64,000 nt of DNA. Source: a virus. Its lineage: Duplodnaviria; Caudoviricetes. Positions within the stretch are counted from its first letter, which is position 1, and the number at the start of each line of letters is the position of its first letter. The notes below the pieces were generated by a model. The model did not search any database. It worked only from the letters and a program-made list of their open reading frames with translations, and was not told the DNA's origin. A program made the position numbers and the translations under genes. The stretch covers positions 21,868 to 85,867 of IMG/VR virus record IMGVR_UViG_3300031994_000061; one strand, 5' to 3'. Below, piece after piece: positions 45,290 to 55,274 of this stretch.

Positions 45290-46153
45290 ATGAAAATAAT
45301 AAGTATAAAAGAGAGTCAATTTGATAGGTGTCTGGTTTTGGAAACTTGGACAAACAAAAATGGTGAACTAAAAAATCACCTCAAGAACATTGCTCATATG
45401 GATGATAAAACATTGAAGACATTAGCAAACGTATTTCCTACTTACTATCTGGATTATCTGTTACACATAAGCCCTAATACTGAGGACGAGGACTATTATT
45501 ATGAGTTGGTTGATGTCGCTGATAATAATTCAGAATATTCAATGTCATATTATATAGAGAAGTTAAATTTACCAATAGATAAACGTTTTGGGTACTATGT
45601 AAAAAATAAAATAAACAGATGGCCAAGGAGGTATCGTGATGATTCTAGAATTTATCATACATATGCAGAGATTCCAGATAACGTTACGTTGAACTATAAG
45701 AAGCCATTCATAAACAAAGTGTTAATTCACAATTGTTACAATGATGGGGATGCTGAAAGTATCTTGCTGAATGGGTTTAAGTATGGGCAGTATTTAAATA
45801 ATCTAGCTTGGACTTATGGTAATAAAAATAATGGTAATTATGGATTTGCATATGAATTTAATGACTACGCAGAAAATTATGGTAAATATCCGAACTATGG
45901 AGTGGAGGGTGTTGTTTTTGTTGGCAGTGGCGTTATGGTAACCCATCATGGCGATAGAAAAAATAATGAACAATTTTCACCAAATGAATGTATTTTTGAT
46001 ATAAATTCAGTCTCTAGTTTTGTTTGTAGATTTAAGATTTCTCACGGATATTGCGAAATATATAATACTAACAACAAATTAGTTTTCAAAAAAGATAACT
46101 ATACTGTGCCTAAAATGTTAGAATGGATTTCAAATAACCTTATAAAATATTAA
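45290..46153 (+). CDS. cargo-like protein with a domain paralogous to the fourth domain of 35218-39225
   Basis: start MKIISIKESQF after TATTTATA at 45279; LIH...SILLNGF..G...LAWT...YGFAY...YG.EGVVFVGSGV..THHGD. Confidence 0.7.
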   Translation: MKIISIKESQFDRCLVLETWTNKNGELKNHLKNIAHMDDKTLKTLANVFPTYYLDYLLHISPNTEDEDYYYELVDVADNNSEYSMSYYIEKLNLPIDKRFGYYVKNKINRWPRRYRDDSRIYHTYAEIPDNVTLNYKKPFINKVLIHNCYNDGDAESILLNGFKYGQYLNNLAWTYGNKNNGNYGFAYEFNDYAENYGKYPNYGVEGVVFVGSGVMVTHHGDRKNNEQFSPNECIFDINSVSSFVCRFKISHGYCEIYNTNNKLVFKKDNYTVPKMLEWISNNLIKY

Positions 46154-46207
46154 ACTATTTATAAAAACATAGAGAAAATTATATTTTAATAATAAAACAA
46201 TATAATA

Positions 46208-48262
46208 ATGGCTAAAAAAAGAAATACAGTATTTCAAGCTTTGGATAAAGCCATCACTGGTAACTGGAAATCTCCAGCAGAGCCTATAGTGCCACACGTA
46301 AACACGTATGACTTGAGTGGTTCTGATAATAAGATTCTCTATAGAACCAATGATAAGGAAGACTACTTACAGAAGAAGCTTGAACTTCAACAGGATAAGT
46401 TTCTTAAGGAAAGATGGGTTAAGGCTAATGTAAACCTATCGGTTTCTGCATATGCTGGTTTGAACAATATAAAGTTGATGTACCGTGATGCTGACTTGAT
46501 GGATGCATTCCCAGAAATAGGTGCAGCTCTTGATATTGTATCTGAGGAGAGCACCATTGTGAACGATAAGGGAATGGTGGTTAATGTCTACTCGAAATCG
46601 GACAGAATCAGAAGTATACTTGAGGACTTATTCGTAAACAGGCTTAATATACAACTTACAGGACAAATGATTATCCGTGCAATGTGTAAGTACGGAAACC
46701 AGTTCATGCTCCTTGACATCGACCACAAGAATGGTGTAAAGGGATGGAAGCAGATGCCAGTATTCAATGTTGAGAGACTTGAAAACGGTATATTGAATCC
46801 TTATGGTGCTGGTATGTCAATAGCTGTTAACGGTGCTGACATCAAGGATTCTGATATGTCAACACAATTTATATGGATTGATGACAACCAAGCGCAAATA
46901 CCATTCCGTGACTGGCAGGTTGCGCACTTCAGACTACTTACTAACTCGCTTTATTTACCTTATGGTGTAAGTTATCTGAATGCAGCACGTAGGCACTGGA
47001 GAATGCTCTCGCTCATGGAGGACATGATGCTTATCTATCGTCTTGAGCGTTCAATTGAAAGACGTGTATATAAGATATTCGTTGGTGCTATTGATGATGC
47101 TGACGTTCCAGCTTACATTGAGCAGATAGCAAATGAGTTTAAGAGAACGCCAATCATCGACCCAATAACAGGACAGGTTGACCTTAGGAAGAACATATTG
47201 TCAGTTGACCAGGATATCTTCATCCCAGTTCGTGATGAGAATGCTCCTACCCCAATTGATACACTTTCAGCAGCACAGAATATGACAGCATTGGATGACA
47301 TCAAGTTCGTGCAGAACAAGGTGCTTACAGCCCTTAGAATACCTAGGTCATTCTTGAATTTCGATGAGGCAACTGGCGAAGGTAAGAACCTTGCACTTAT
47401 GGATATAAGGTTTACAAGAACAGTTAACAGGATACAGCAGGCATTCTTGATGGAACTTACAAAGGTTGCAACCATACATCTATTTTTGCTTGGATTTGAT
47501 GATGAATTAACTAATTTCACATTATCAATGAATAATCCATCAACACAGGCAGAGCAGCTTGAGATTGAGAATATGCAGAAGAAGATTGATGCTGTCAGAG
47601 ACGCTGTTTCAGACCCTGGTAACGGTCTTCCAGTTATGTCACAGACACGTGCGTTGAAGCAGATTATGAAGTGGTCTGACAAGGAAATTAAAGAGAATCT
47701 TGAAGAGATTCGTCTTGAGAAGGGCATCTCTGCTGAACTTGAGAAGACAGCACAGATTATCAAGAAGACTGGTATCTTCGATACTGTTGATAGAATTTAC
47801 GGAGAACCTGGTGCTGAATACATGGATGACCAGCAAGGAGGTATGCCTGGACAAGGCGGTGCTGGAGGCATGGGCGGTGGAGGTAGCATGGGAGCACCAC
47901 CACCTCCTCCAACTGATTTCGGAAGTGAAATGGATGGTCTTGGAACTCCTGGTGCAGATGAAAATGGAGACATCAACGGACAGGAAGGGTCAATGCCTAC
48001 TGGAGAAATGGGTCCTGACCAAACAGGGCAGACACTTGAAGGTATTGACAGGAAGAAGAAGGTTATCAGTGAACAGTCAAACCTTTTCGAACAGTATCTC
48101 TCATCACTTACAGGACATACAAGTTCACCAAAGGAGACGAAGTACGAAAGAGCTAAGGTGTATGACAGCAACTCACTACTGATAAATGAGGAGTTTGACA
48201 AGATGATTAATGCCCTCGGAAAATTTGTTGAGGATGATGATATTTATAAAGAAAATGAATAA
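46208..48262 (+). CDS. portal protein (T4 gp20-like)
   Basis: MDAFPEIGAALD, YRLERSIERRVYKI, DIFIPVR, DDIKF...ALRIP. Confidence 0.92.
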   Translation: MAKKRNTVFQALDKAITGNWKSPAEPIVPHVNTYDLSGSDNKILYRTNDKEDYLQKKLELQQDKFLKERWVKANVNLSVSAYAGLNNIKLMYRDADLMDAFPEIGAALDIVSEESTIVNDKGMVVNVYSKSDRIRSILEDLFVNRLNIQLTGQMIIRAMCKYGNQFMLLDIDHKNGVKGWKQMPVFNVERLENGILNPYGAGMSIAVNGADIKDSDMSTQFIWIDDNQAQIPFRDWQVAHFRLLTNSLYLPYGVSYLNAARRHWRMLSLMEDMMLIYRLERSIERRVYKIFVGAIDDADVPAYIEQIANEFKRTPIIDPITGQVDLRKNILSVDQDIFIPVRDENAPTPIDTLSAAQNMTALDDIKFVQNKVLTALRIPRSFLNFDEATGEGKNLALMDIRFTRTVNRIQQAFLMELTKVATIHLFLLGFDDELTNFTLSMNNPSTQAEQLEIENMQKKIDAVRDAVSDPGNGLPVMSQTRALKQIMKWSDKEIKENLEEIRLEKGISAELEKTAQIIKKTGIFDTVDRIYGEPGAEYMDDQQGGMPGQGGAGGMGGGGSMGAPPPPPTDFGSEMDGLGTPGADENGDINGQEGSMPTGEMGPDQTGQTLEGIDRKKKVISEQSNLFEQYLSSLTGHTSSPKETKYERAKVYDSNSLLINEEFDKMINALGKFVEDDDIYKENE

Positions 48263-48264
48263 CG

Positions 48265-49197
48265 ATGAATACCAGTAAATATAATGAAGAGTTTTCAAAC
48301 TATATCAGTATAATGAAGGAAGCTCTTGAGAGGGAGAATTTCGACGCATATGATGCAGCTAAAAAGATGCTTGATGAGTCTATAGATGAGCGCAGACATG
48401 AAAAGGAACTTGAGGCTGAGCTTGATACTACTAACTTTGGTATCCTACATCACATATTTGAGGAGAGATTACCAGAGCTGTTTAAGACTAATAAAAAGGT
48501 TGTAAAGGATGTTATGAACCTTATAAGGGAGGATAGAAATCTTTCAAGTGAATTTAGTTTCTATAATGCAATAAAACAGTACAAGGGTAAAATCACTGAG
48601 GTACTAGACTCATCCATGTTCGCAGCAAAGCTTACTGAGGCTATATTCAATGACCTTGACAAAGATAGTGTGATTAAGTCAAATGCAAAGCTTAGGAAGA
48701 TAATGAAAGAAAATAATATTATTCCTACAGACTTCATCGATGACGAGTTAAGGAAACTTTACGAATGTGGTCATGTGCTACTAACAAAGAAACGTGGTAT
48801 AGGAAACATAGGTCTTATAGCTGAGAGTGCTAAGAGTGTGTGCGAATACATGGATAGACACAAGGATGATATACTTAGAGAAGATGTTAATCCAGAACAA
48901 CTCATTGAGAATTTTGAGAACAAGTTAAGGGATACACTTACAGAGTCAGAAATGGCTTTTGTACAGGAAATCACTGACTGGAGAAGTCCTATCGCTGAAC
49001 AGAGAAAGGAGAAACTTTTCAACAAGTTCAAGAACGAGTGTATAAGTAAAATCAATGAAATGCTCAGTGAAGATGCTGGAAACGTTGAACTTGAGTCACT
49101 TAAGAAACAGATTGAGGAACAGAAGTTTAATAAAGAATCTATTGTCAAGGACATTGCAAAACTCCTAGAAATAAGAGACATATTGTTAGATAAGTAA
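48265..49197 (+). CDS. conserved hypothetical head-module protein
   Basis: helical 310-aa ORF after the portal; TATTTATA at 48241. Confidence 0.75.
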   Translation: MNTSKYNEEFSNYISIMKEALERENFDAYDAAKKMLDESIDERRHEKELEAELDTTNFGILHHIFEERLPELFKTNKKVVKDVMNLIREDRNLSSEFSFYNAIKQYKGKITEVLDSSMFAAKLTEAIFNDLDKDSVIKSNAKLRKIMKENNIIPTDFIDDELRKLYECGHVLLTKKRGIGNIGLIAESAKSVCEYMDRHKDDILREDVNPEQLIENFENKLRDTLTESEMAFVQEITDWRSPIAEQRKEKLFNKFKNECISKINEMLSEDAGNVELESLKKQIEEQKFNKESIVKDIAKLLEIRDILLDK

Positions 49198-49203
49198 ATA
49201 AAT

Positions 49204-49233
49204 AATGCAGTCAGCGATGGCTGCATTTTTTTT
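49204..49233 (+). terminator. intrinsic terminator
   Basis: AATGCAGTCA-gcga-TGGCTGCATT plus T tract. Confidence 0.8.
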
Positions 49234-49295
49234 GTATATTCCCCATTGTTTTTTCAACTTTTTTTGTTATATTTTATATGTAAAAAAAAAATCTA

Positions 49296-49730
49296 ATGAA
49301 AAGGTTGAAAAAAGAATATAGTTTAGATGTATGTAATCATATTGTCCTAAAGTACGGTACTGTAAATAGGGACAACCCACAGGTAATATACGTTTCTGGA
49401 AAGTGTTGGGTATCTCCGAAAGACGAAAGAGATTATAGCAAGACAATTTCCGACATAGAGAAAAATATGAAAAAAAATATAAATAATTTGCTAATGGATG
49501 GAGTTAATTTCGATAAGAAATTTATATTGGACTTTGATATAAATGTAGATGGTTTAGCACCATCCAGGAAGAGGTTTCTTTCGTTTGATTTTTATCTAAG
49601 ACAAAATGAAAAAAACAAGAAAGATTTATCTTTACTTAAACCATTGTTGAGTGGAAAAGTCAGTACAATATCAAATAACCTGGTGTATTTGTTTAGGGAA
49701 AACAGCTTTACAATAGAAAAGCGTAAGTAG
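49296..49730 (+). CDS. hypothetical protein
   Basis: ORF track. Confidence 0.7.
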   Translation: MKRLKKEYSLDVCNHIVLKYGTVNRDNPQVIYVSGKCWVSPKDERDYSKTISDIEKNMKKNINNLLMDGVNFDKKFILDFDINVDGLAPSRKRFLSFDFYLRQNEKNKKDLSLLKPLLSGKVSTISNNLVYLFRENSFTIEKRK

Positions 49731-49756
49731 TGTGATATTTATTATTAAAAAAGAGT

Positions 49757-49954
49757 ATGAGTAAGACAATAAAAATATCAGAAGACAGATTTAACAAGGC
49801 ACTTAGGAAAATTGTAGCAGAGGAATTCGAAGGTGCTGATAACAATTACGAGCCATTCAAGTCACAGATTGAAGACCATGATGAGGGTATTGTAGGAGAG
49901 CCTACAGACCCTACCGTATATGATAAAAACCAGGGAATACCAGGAAACGTTTAA
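49757..49954 (+). CDS. small protein with cargo leader
   Basis: MSKTIKISEDRFNKALRKIVAEE. Confidence 0.7.
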   Translation: MSKTIKISEDRFNKALRKIVAEEFEGADNNYEPFKSQIEDHDEGIVGEPTDPTVYDKNQGIPGNV

Positions 49955-49956
49955 TT

Positions 49957-50361
49957 ATGAATATAGTTAGAATTACAGAAGCGGATTTACATGCCATTGT
50001 CAGACAGGTTGTGAATGAAGCATTGGGTAGCACTATTCAAATTCAACTTATTAATGGTTATTTTTACCCAGTAGATTCATTAAGTAAAAACATACTTTAT
50101 AATGAATATGGCTTAAGTAAAATACCAAAAGATAAATTTGATGCCTTATCCCCAAGGTTTGTTCATGATGGTTATAAACTAGCTGTTACTGGTTATACTC
50201 CAGCAAAAAAAGAAATTAATAATCCAAGAGGTTATCCAATAGGAGGTGAGCCACACCAAGCAAAAAACCCTTGCGTAAAATGTGGGTATAATGGTATGTG
50301 TGATTCAGACGAATGTGGAAAGAAACTTTTTAGATTATACAATAAAAAAGCGAAGCACTGA
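49957..50361 (+). CDS. protein with cargo leader and C-terminal CxxC...C.....C motif
   Basis: MNIVRITEADLHAIVRQVVNEA; CVKCGYNGMCDSDEC. Confidence 0.7.
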   Translation: MNIVRITEADLHAIVRQVVNEALGSTIQIQLINGYFYPVDSLSKNILYNEYGLSKIPKDKFDALSPRFVHDGYKLAVTGYTPAKKEINNPRGYPIGGEPHQAKNPCVKCGYNGMCDSDECGKKLFRLYNKKAKH

Positions 50362-50374
50362 GCTTCGCTTTTCT
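50346..50374. terminator. bidirectional intrinsic terminator
   Basis: AAAAGCGAAGC-actga-GCTTCGCTTTT between convergent genes. Confidence 0.8.
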
Positions 50375-50377
50375 TAT

Positions 50378-50647
50378 TTAATCCCTACCATAAAGTTCTA
50401 CGCTTGCTGCCTGTGCCTTTTTGAGGCATATTATAGCCTGCATCACATTGTCTTTTACAATTTGTTCTGTTGAACTTGGTGATGGACTTGCAAATGGAAT
50501 CCATCCACTTACAGTTAATTCAGTTAAGGCATCTATAATGTGTTGAAGTTGCCTTGTACTTGACCCTTCTTTTAATACTCTCTTTACAGATTCACTTACA
50601 ATGTTACGAAGGTCATCCTGTGTTAGTTGTATTGGTTGTTTATTCAT
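50378..50647 (-). CDS. small protein with cargo leader
   Basis: MNKQPIQLTQDDLRNIVSESVKRVLKEG. Confidence 0.75.
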   Translation of the reverse strand: MNKQPIQLTQDDLRNIVSESVKRVLKEGSSTRQLQHIIDALTELTVSGWIPFASPSPSSTEQIVKDNVMQAIICLKKAQAASVELYGRD

Positions 50648-51333
50648 GAGTTCAATATATTTTTAATCTTATTTATTTTCTCATTCAATGCTGGCTTTAC
50701 ATCGTTTGATGTGTTAGCTTCTACGTATTGCTGTAGCTCTTCTGGTTCTCCTATCCATGCACCTGGTGTTGATGGGTCTGATACAACGTCCCAGCATATA
50801 AGTTCGAAGTCTTCTCCTACGATATATTGTCCTAATTTTTGCTCAACAGAGCCAACACCTCTTGAGGATACACCAATTTTAATTCCGTTTAGAAGCAGGT
50901 TTGCCATCTGGTCTCCACGTGTTGATACAATACCGTATTTTCTAAATCCGTATGATGTATTAATCATACACTTTCCGACAAGTGTTCTACCCTCCCAGTG
51001 AAGTTCTGTTATATTGATTGCGATTCTGTCTAGGTCTATTGTTGATTCTGCTGGGTGGTTAAGTTCACCTATTGCGTTACTGTTAACAATTTTCTTTTGA
51101 TAAAGTTCAACCTGTTTCTTAAGTACATTCTCTGGGTATATTCTACCGTTTGCGTTCTTAATACCGAACTTCTGGAATACAGCATCAACAATAAATGGAT
51201 GTGGTACGTGCCATTCCCCATCAATACCCTCTGTAATACTCTGAGGGTTCTTAATGTACATGTATCCATCCCTCTCTATGAGGATACCATGACCTGTCTT
51301 ACCTTCCTTTATTATTTCAAGTTCCTTTTTCAT
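50644..51333 (-). CDS. prohead core protein protease (T4 gp21-like)
   Basis: KNANGRIYP, GELNHP, IGVSSRGVGS, WDVVSDPSTPGA; start MKKELE at 51333 after minus-strand TATTTATA at 51351-51358. Confidence 0.92.
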   Translation of the reverse strand: MKKELEIIKEGKTGHGILIERDGYMYIKNPQSITEGIDGEWHVPHPFIVDAVFQKFGIKNANGRIYPENVLKKQVELYQKKIVNSNAIGELNHPAESTIDLDRIAINITELHWEGRTLVGKCMINTSYGFRKYGIVSTRGDQMANLLLNGIKIGVSSRGVGSVEQKLGQYIVGEDFELICWDVVSDPSTPGAWIGEPEELQQYVEANTSNDVKPALNEKINKIKNILNS

Positions 51334-51508
51334 TACTAGTAATTTTTTATTATAAATATTTCGCACTCTCCAAATATTTATATAATAGACATATAATCAC
51401 AGGTATGGAATATGACTGTAAATCAACATTTTTTGAGTGGTTTACAAAGTTTTTTTGTATTTGTGGTATATTTATATTTAAAATAATAACGTATTTAAAC
51501 TATTTTCT

Positions 51509-53065
51509 ATGAACGGAAAGATTAGAAGCAAAGTAGTAAGGGAATCTTTATTGGATTACAATACACTCGCAAATTCTTTGAAGGAAAATACGGAGAGCGC
51601 AGTCAAGACTCTTCTTGATGAGGCTGTGCGTGATACATATGCCAAGTTGTTATCTGAGGGTATCGACGATAACGAGGAGGAGTACAAAGAAGATGAAGTG
51701 GAAGATACACAAGATTCTGGTATTTCAAACGATGCTGAGGACGATGCAATATCTACTGAAGTAGTAGACGATGCTGACGCTGGTATGGAATCCGACAATG
51801 TTGATGATGCAGCAGCTGAAAGTGGCGACACCGAAGGTGGTGCAGAACCAGCAGAGGAAGGTGAAGGTGATGAATGGGCAGAGTTTGATAAGTATAAAGT
51901 ATCAGACGATGAGTATGACTTCTCTAATGCGGAAGACGAGGAAATCGTAAAGGTTTACAAACTAATGAAGAACGATGACCAGATTCTAGTCCACAAGGAT
52001 GATGATAAGGTTAAAATTCAAGACAACGAAACTGGAGCTGAATACCTAATCGACCTTGGTGGTGACGATGAGGCAGCTGGTGTAGCTGCTGTTGAACCAG
52101 GAGCAGAAGGGGCAGACGATTTCGGAGCTGAGGGCGACGATATGGGTGCTGCTGATGATTTCGGTGCAGAAGATGATTTAGAAAATAACATTGATGACGA
52201 TATGAACGAATCAACAGAAAGAATGTTTGAGCTTGTACTGGAGTATGACTCAAATGTAGGATACACTGACAATTATCAGAAGAAAGACGTAATGACAAAC
52301 CCAGGCATGTCAGAGCCAGGTAAGAATGTAAACGACTGGGATGCTGGTGTACCAAAGGGCGATGCAAAGCCTTGGTCTGGCTATCCAGGTAAGAAAAATA
52401 AAGCAGACAAGCCATTCAATGATGGTAAGGGTAAGCAGGTAGAAGAGGAAACTGAAGGTGGCGAGGAACTTGCAGAGGGTGCAGTAAACGAGCTTAAGAC
52501 AAATGCTGAGCACGCTGCAAACAACGGTAGCACTTCAAGAACCGACGGTCCTAACAACCCACGTAGACGTACTGGACGTAGTTTCCATACAGCTCAGAAG
52601 GGACAGGAAAAGGGTACTGGTGACAATGCTTACACAGCTGGTGATGGCAACGTTACTGTAACAACAGATGTTAAGGTTGAAAACATTATGAAGAGGGTTA
52701 ACAAGACACTTAAGGAGAACAAGGAACTTAAGGATACTCTTACAACCGTAATGACATCACTTAAGGAAGCTGCTGTAACTAATCATAATCTTGCACAGAT
52801 TATCAAGCTTATCTCTGAGAACTCTACCACACAGGATGAGAAGAAGGAAATCATTGGAAGGTTTGCTAAGGAGGCTAAGACTATTGAAGCTTCAAAGGGT
52901 TTGTATGAGTCTATTAGCCAGGACTTGAAAAAGTCACACAAGATGAATATCACTGAGGATAAGAACCTTACAGTTGAGAGTTCAAAGAAAATCAACGAGA
53001 CTCCAATTTACAAGTCGCAGGACATCATGGAATCTCTTGACCTTATGCACAGAATGATGAAATAA
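51509..53065 (+). CDS. prohead core scaffold protein (T4 gp22-like position)
   Basis: acidic, coiled-coil C-terminus, directly upstream of the MCP; TATTTATA at 51469. Confidence 0.75.
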   Translation: MNGKIRSKVVRESLLDYNTLANSLKENTESAVKTLLDEAVRDTYAKLLSEGIDDNEEEYKEDEVEDTQDSGISNDAEDDAISTEVVDDADAGMESDNVDDAAAESGDTEGGAEPAEEGEGDEWAEFDKYKVSDDEYDFSNAEDEEIVKVYKLMKNDDQILVHKDDDKVKIQDNETGAEYLIDLGGDDEAAGVAAVEPGAEGADDFGAEGDDMGAADDFGAEDDLENNIDDDMNESTERMFELVLEYDSNVGYTDNYQKKDVMTNPGMSEPGKNVNDWDAGVPKGDAKPWSGYPGKKNKADKPFNDGKGKQVEEETEGGEELAEGAVNELKTNAEHAANNGSTSRTDGPNNPRRRTGRSFHTAQKGQEKGTGDNAYTAGDGNVTVTTDVKVENIMKRVNKTLKENKELKDTLTTVMTSLKEAAVTNHNLAQIIKLISENSTTQDEKKEIIGRFAKEAKTIEASKGLYESISQDLKKSHKMNITEDKNLTVESSKKINETPIYKSQDIMESLDLMHRMMK

Positions 53066-53133
53066 TATAACTTTTTAAGTTTTGTGTATATTTATAATAA
53101 AAAATAACTTAAGTTAAAACTTCATTTATTTAT

Positions 53134-55170
53134 ATGAAAGAATTTTTATCTAGTGGCGTAGTTGGTAATATTGAGTACAACGCCCAGAAACAGATACGTG
53201 AGAGCATTCAGAACCGTTGGGACCAGCTCGGATTTACTGAGGGTCTTCCAGAGGGTATCAAGGAGAATGTTGCTACGTTGTATGAGAATGAGGCTAAGCA
53301 CTTGATTTATGAGGCTACAGCTTCTGACAATAGCGGTTCATTCGAGACTGTGGTATTCCCTATCATCCGTAGGGTATTCAGCAGACTTCTTGCTAATGAC
53401 ATCGTTTCAGTACAGGCTATGAACCTTCCTGTAGGTAAGTTGTTCTTCATCCTCCCTGTTACTTCAGAGAGAGAGTGGGAGCTTCCAGCAGAGATGACTG
53501 GCGACACTGAGCCTGGTGATATTGTAGACGGAACAACTGGTCGTCACCTTGGTCTTATGGGTTATGACAGAGTTAACCGTAACAAGGAAGGACGTGTTGA
53601 GCCACGTTACTATCTCCCAGACGAGACAATCAATGAGCTTCAGAATGCATGGTACATCCCAGTTCTTAGCGACGAGGATACCTATGACACATTCGACGCT
53701 GCTAAGGAAGCTGCTATCGCAGCTGGTCTTAATCCAACAGCTATTCGTAGAGTAGGACCAGAGGTTACTCAGTACTTCCAGAAGAGTCTTTACGACTTGT
53801 TCTACAATGACTTCTTGTATGACAACTCAAAGGGTAAGGTTACTATTAAGGTTGGTGAGGCTATCCCAGTATTCTTGACCCCTGGTGGTGTTCGTCCATT
53901 CGGTGCTGACAACTTGAATCAGTACTTCCAGAGTGGATTCGACGGAACTATCCGTAACGTCATCCTTGAGATTGATGGTTTCTCTTCATTCAACGCTTCT
54001 AAGTTGACTGGTCCTGACGGAAACGAAATGGACACTGAAGAGTTCCTTGCTTCATTGAAGGTTATCACACAGAAGGCTATTGCAGCTCAGAACGCTCCTG
54101 GTTCAGAGGACGTTAAGACTTCTGCTTTCAGAAAGTTTGAGTCTGTTCCATTCAGAGTAGTTACTCAGAAGTATGGTAAGGGTATCGTAGAGTACGGTGC
54201 TGCTTGCGACGCAGAGGGTAAGATGTATATCGAGCTTGACCTTGCTAAGCCAGTTATCCAGCAGGCTGGAACAATCGATGGCTACATCGGTGTTGCTGCT
54301 TCAGAGCTTGACGCTGCAATTGTTAAGAGTGGAAGCACTATTGACTACGAGGCAACTAAGGAGAATATCAAGTCTTTGTTCAAGATTGCTTGGGCACAGT
54401 ATGATTCTCTTGAGCTTGAGACTGAAATCGGTGAGGTTTCATTCAAGTTGGATTCAGTAACTGTATCAGTTGTAGAGAGAAAGCTTCGTGCTACCTGGTC
54501 TCCAGAGCTTGCACAGGACGTTTCTGCATTCCACAACATCGACGCAGAGGCTGAGTTGACAGCTATCCTTTCAGAGCAGATTGCTGCTGAGATTGACCGT
54601 GAGATTCTTCGTGACCTTCGTAAGGGTGCACCTTGGCAGGCACGTTGGGATGTCAATGGTTGGAGAAGAATGGCTGCATTCTCTACAAACTACACTCAGA
54701 AGGACTGGAATCAAGAGTTGATGACTAAGATTAACCAGATTTCTGCACAGATTCACAAGTCTACACTTCGTGGTGGTGCTAACTTCATCGTAGTATCTTC
54801 AGAGATTAGCGCATTGTTCGATAACTTGGAGTTCTTCCACGTATCAGATGCTTCAGCAGAGAGCGACCAGTACAACATGGGTATTGAGAAGATTGGTTCA
54901 CTTAGTGGACGTTACACTGTTTATCGTGACCCATATTCTCCACACTGGTCAATTATCATTGGTCACAAGGGTAAGTCACTTCTTGATACTGGTTATATCT
55001 ATGCACCATATGTACCAATGCAGTTGACTCCTACAATGTACAACCCATTCAACTTTGCACCAGTAAAGGGTATCATGACTCGTTACGCTAAGAAGATGGT
55101 TAACAACCGTTACTATGGACACGTTCGTGTTGACGGTCTTGTACACTGGTCAATCAATGAGTTCAGATAA
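53134..55170 (+). CDS. major capsid protein (T4 gp23-like) with a large insertion
   Basis: IIRRVF...SVQAMNLPVG, RKLRATWSPELAQD, DAEAELTAILSEQIAAEIDREI, YAPYVP, GIMTRYA. Confidence 0.95.
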   Translation: MKEFLSSGVVGNIEYNAQKQIRESIQNRWDQLGFTEGLPEGIKENVATLYENEAKHLIYEATASDNSGSFETVVFPIIRRVFSRLLANDIVSVQAMNLPVGKLFFILPVTSEREWELPAEMTGDTEPGDIVDGTTGRHLGLMGYDRVNRNKEGRVEPRYYLPDETINELQNAWYIPVLSDEDTYDTFDAAKEAAIAAGLNPTAIRRVGPEVTQYFQKSLYDLFYNDFLYDNSKGKVTIKVGEAIPVFLTPGGVRPFGADNLNQYFQSGFDGTIRNVILEIDGFSSFNASKLTGPDGNEMDTEEFLASLKVITQKAIAAQNAPGSEDVKTSAFRKFESVPFRVVTQKYGKGIVEYGAACDAEGKMYIELDLAKPVIQQAGTIDGYIGVAASELDAAIVKSGSTIDYEATKENIKSLFKIAWAQYDSLELETEIGEVSFKLDSVTVSVVERKLRATWSPELAQDVSAFHNIDAEAELTAILSEQIAAEIDREILRDLRKGAPWQARWDVNGWRRMAAFSTNYTQKDWNQELMTKINQISAQIHKSTLRGGANFIVVSSEISALFDNLEFFHVSDASAESDQYNMGIEKIGSLSGRYTVYRDPYSPHWSIIIGHKGKSLLDTGYIYAPYVPMQLTPTMYNPFNFAPVKGIMTRYAKKMVNNRYYGHVRVDGLVHWSINEFR

Positions 55171-55202
55171 ATCACTGACTGAAAAAATTTCACTCTATAT
55201 AA

Positions 55203-55236
55203 AAAACCTTGGGTACGAGTTACCCAGGGTTTTTTT
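55203..55236 (+). terminator. intrinsic terminator after the MCP
   Basis: AACCTTGGGTA-cgagt-TACCCAGGGTT plus T tract. Confidence 0.8.
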
Positions 55237-55274
55237 GTTGTAAATAAAATATTTATAATAAAATTATATATATT

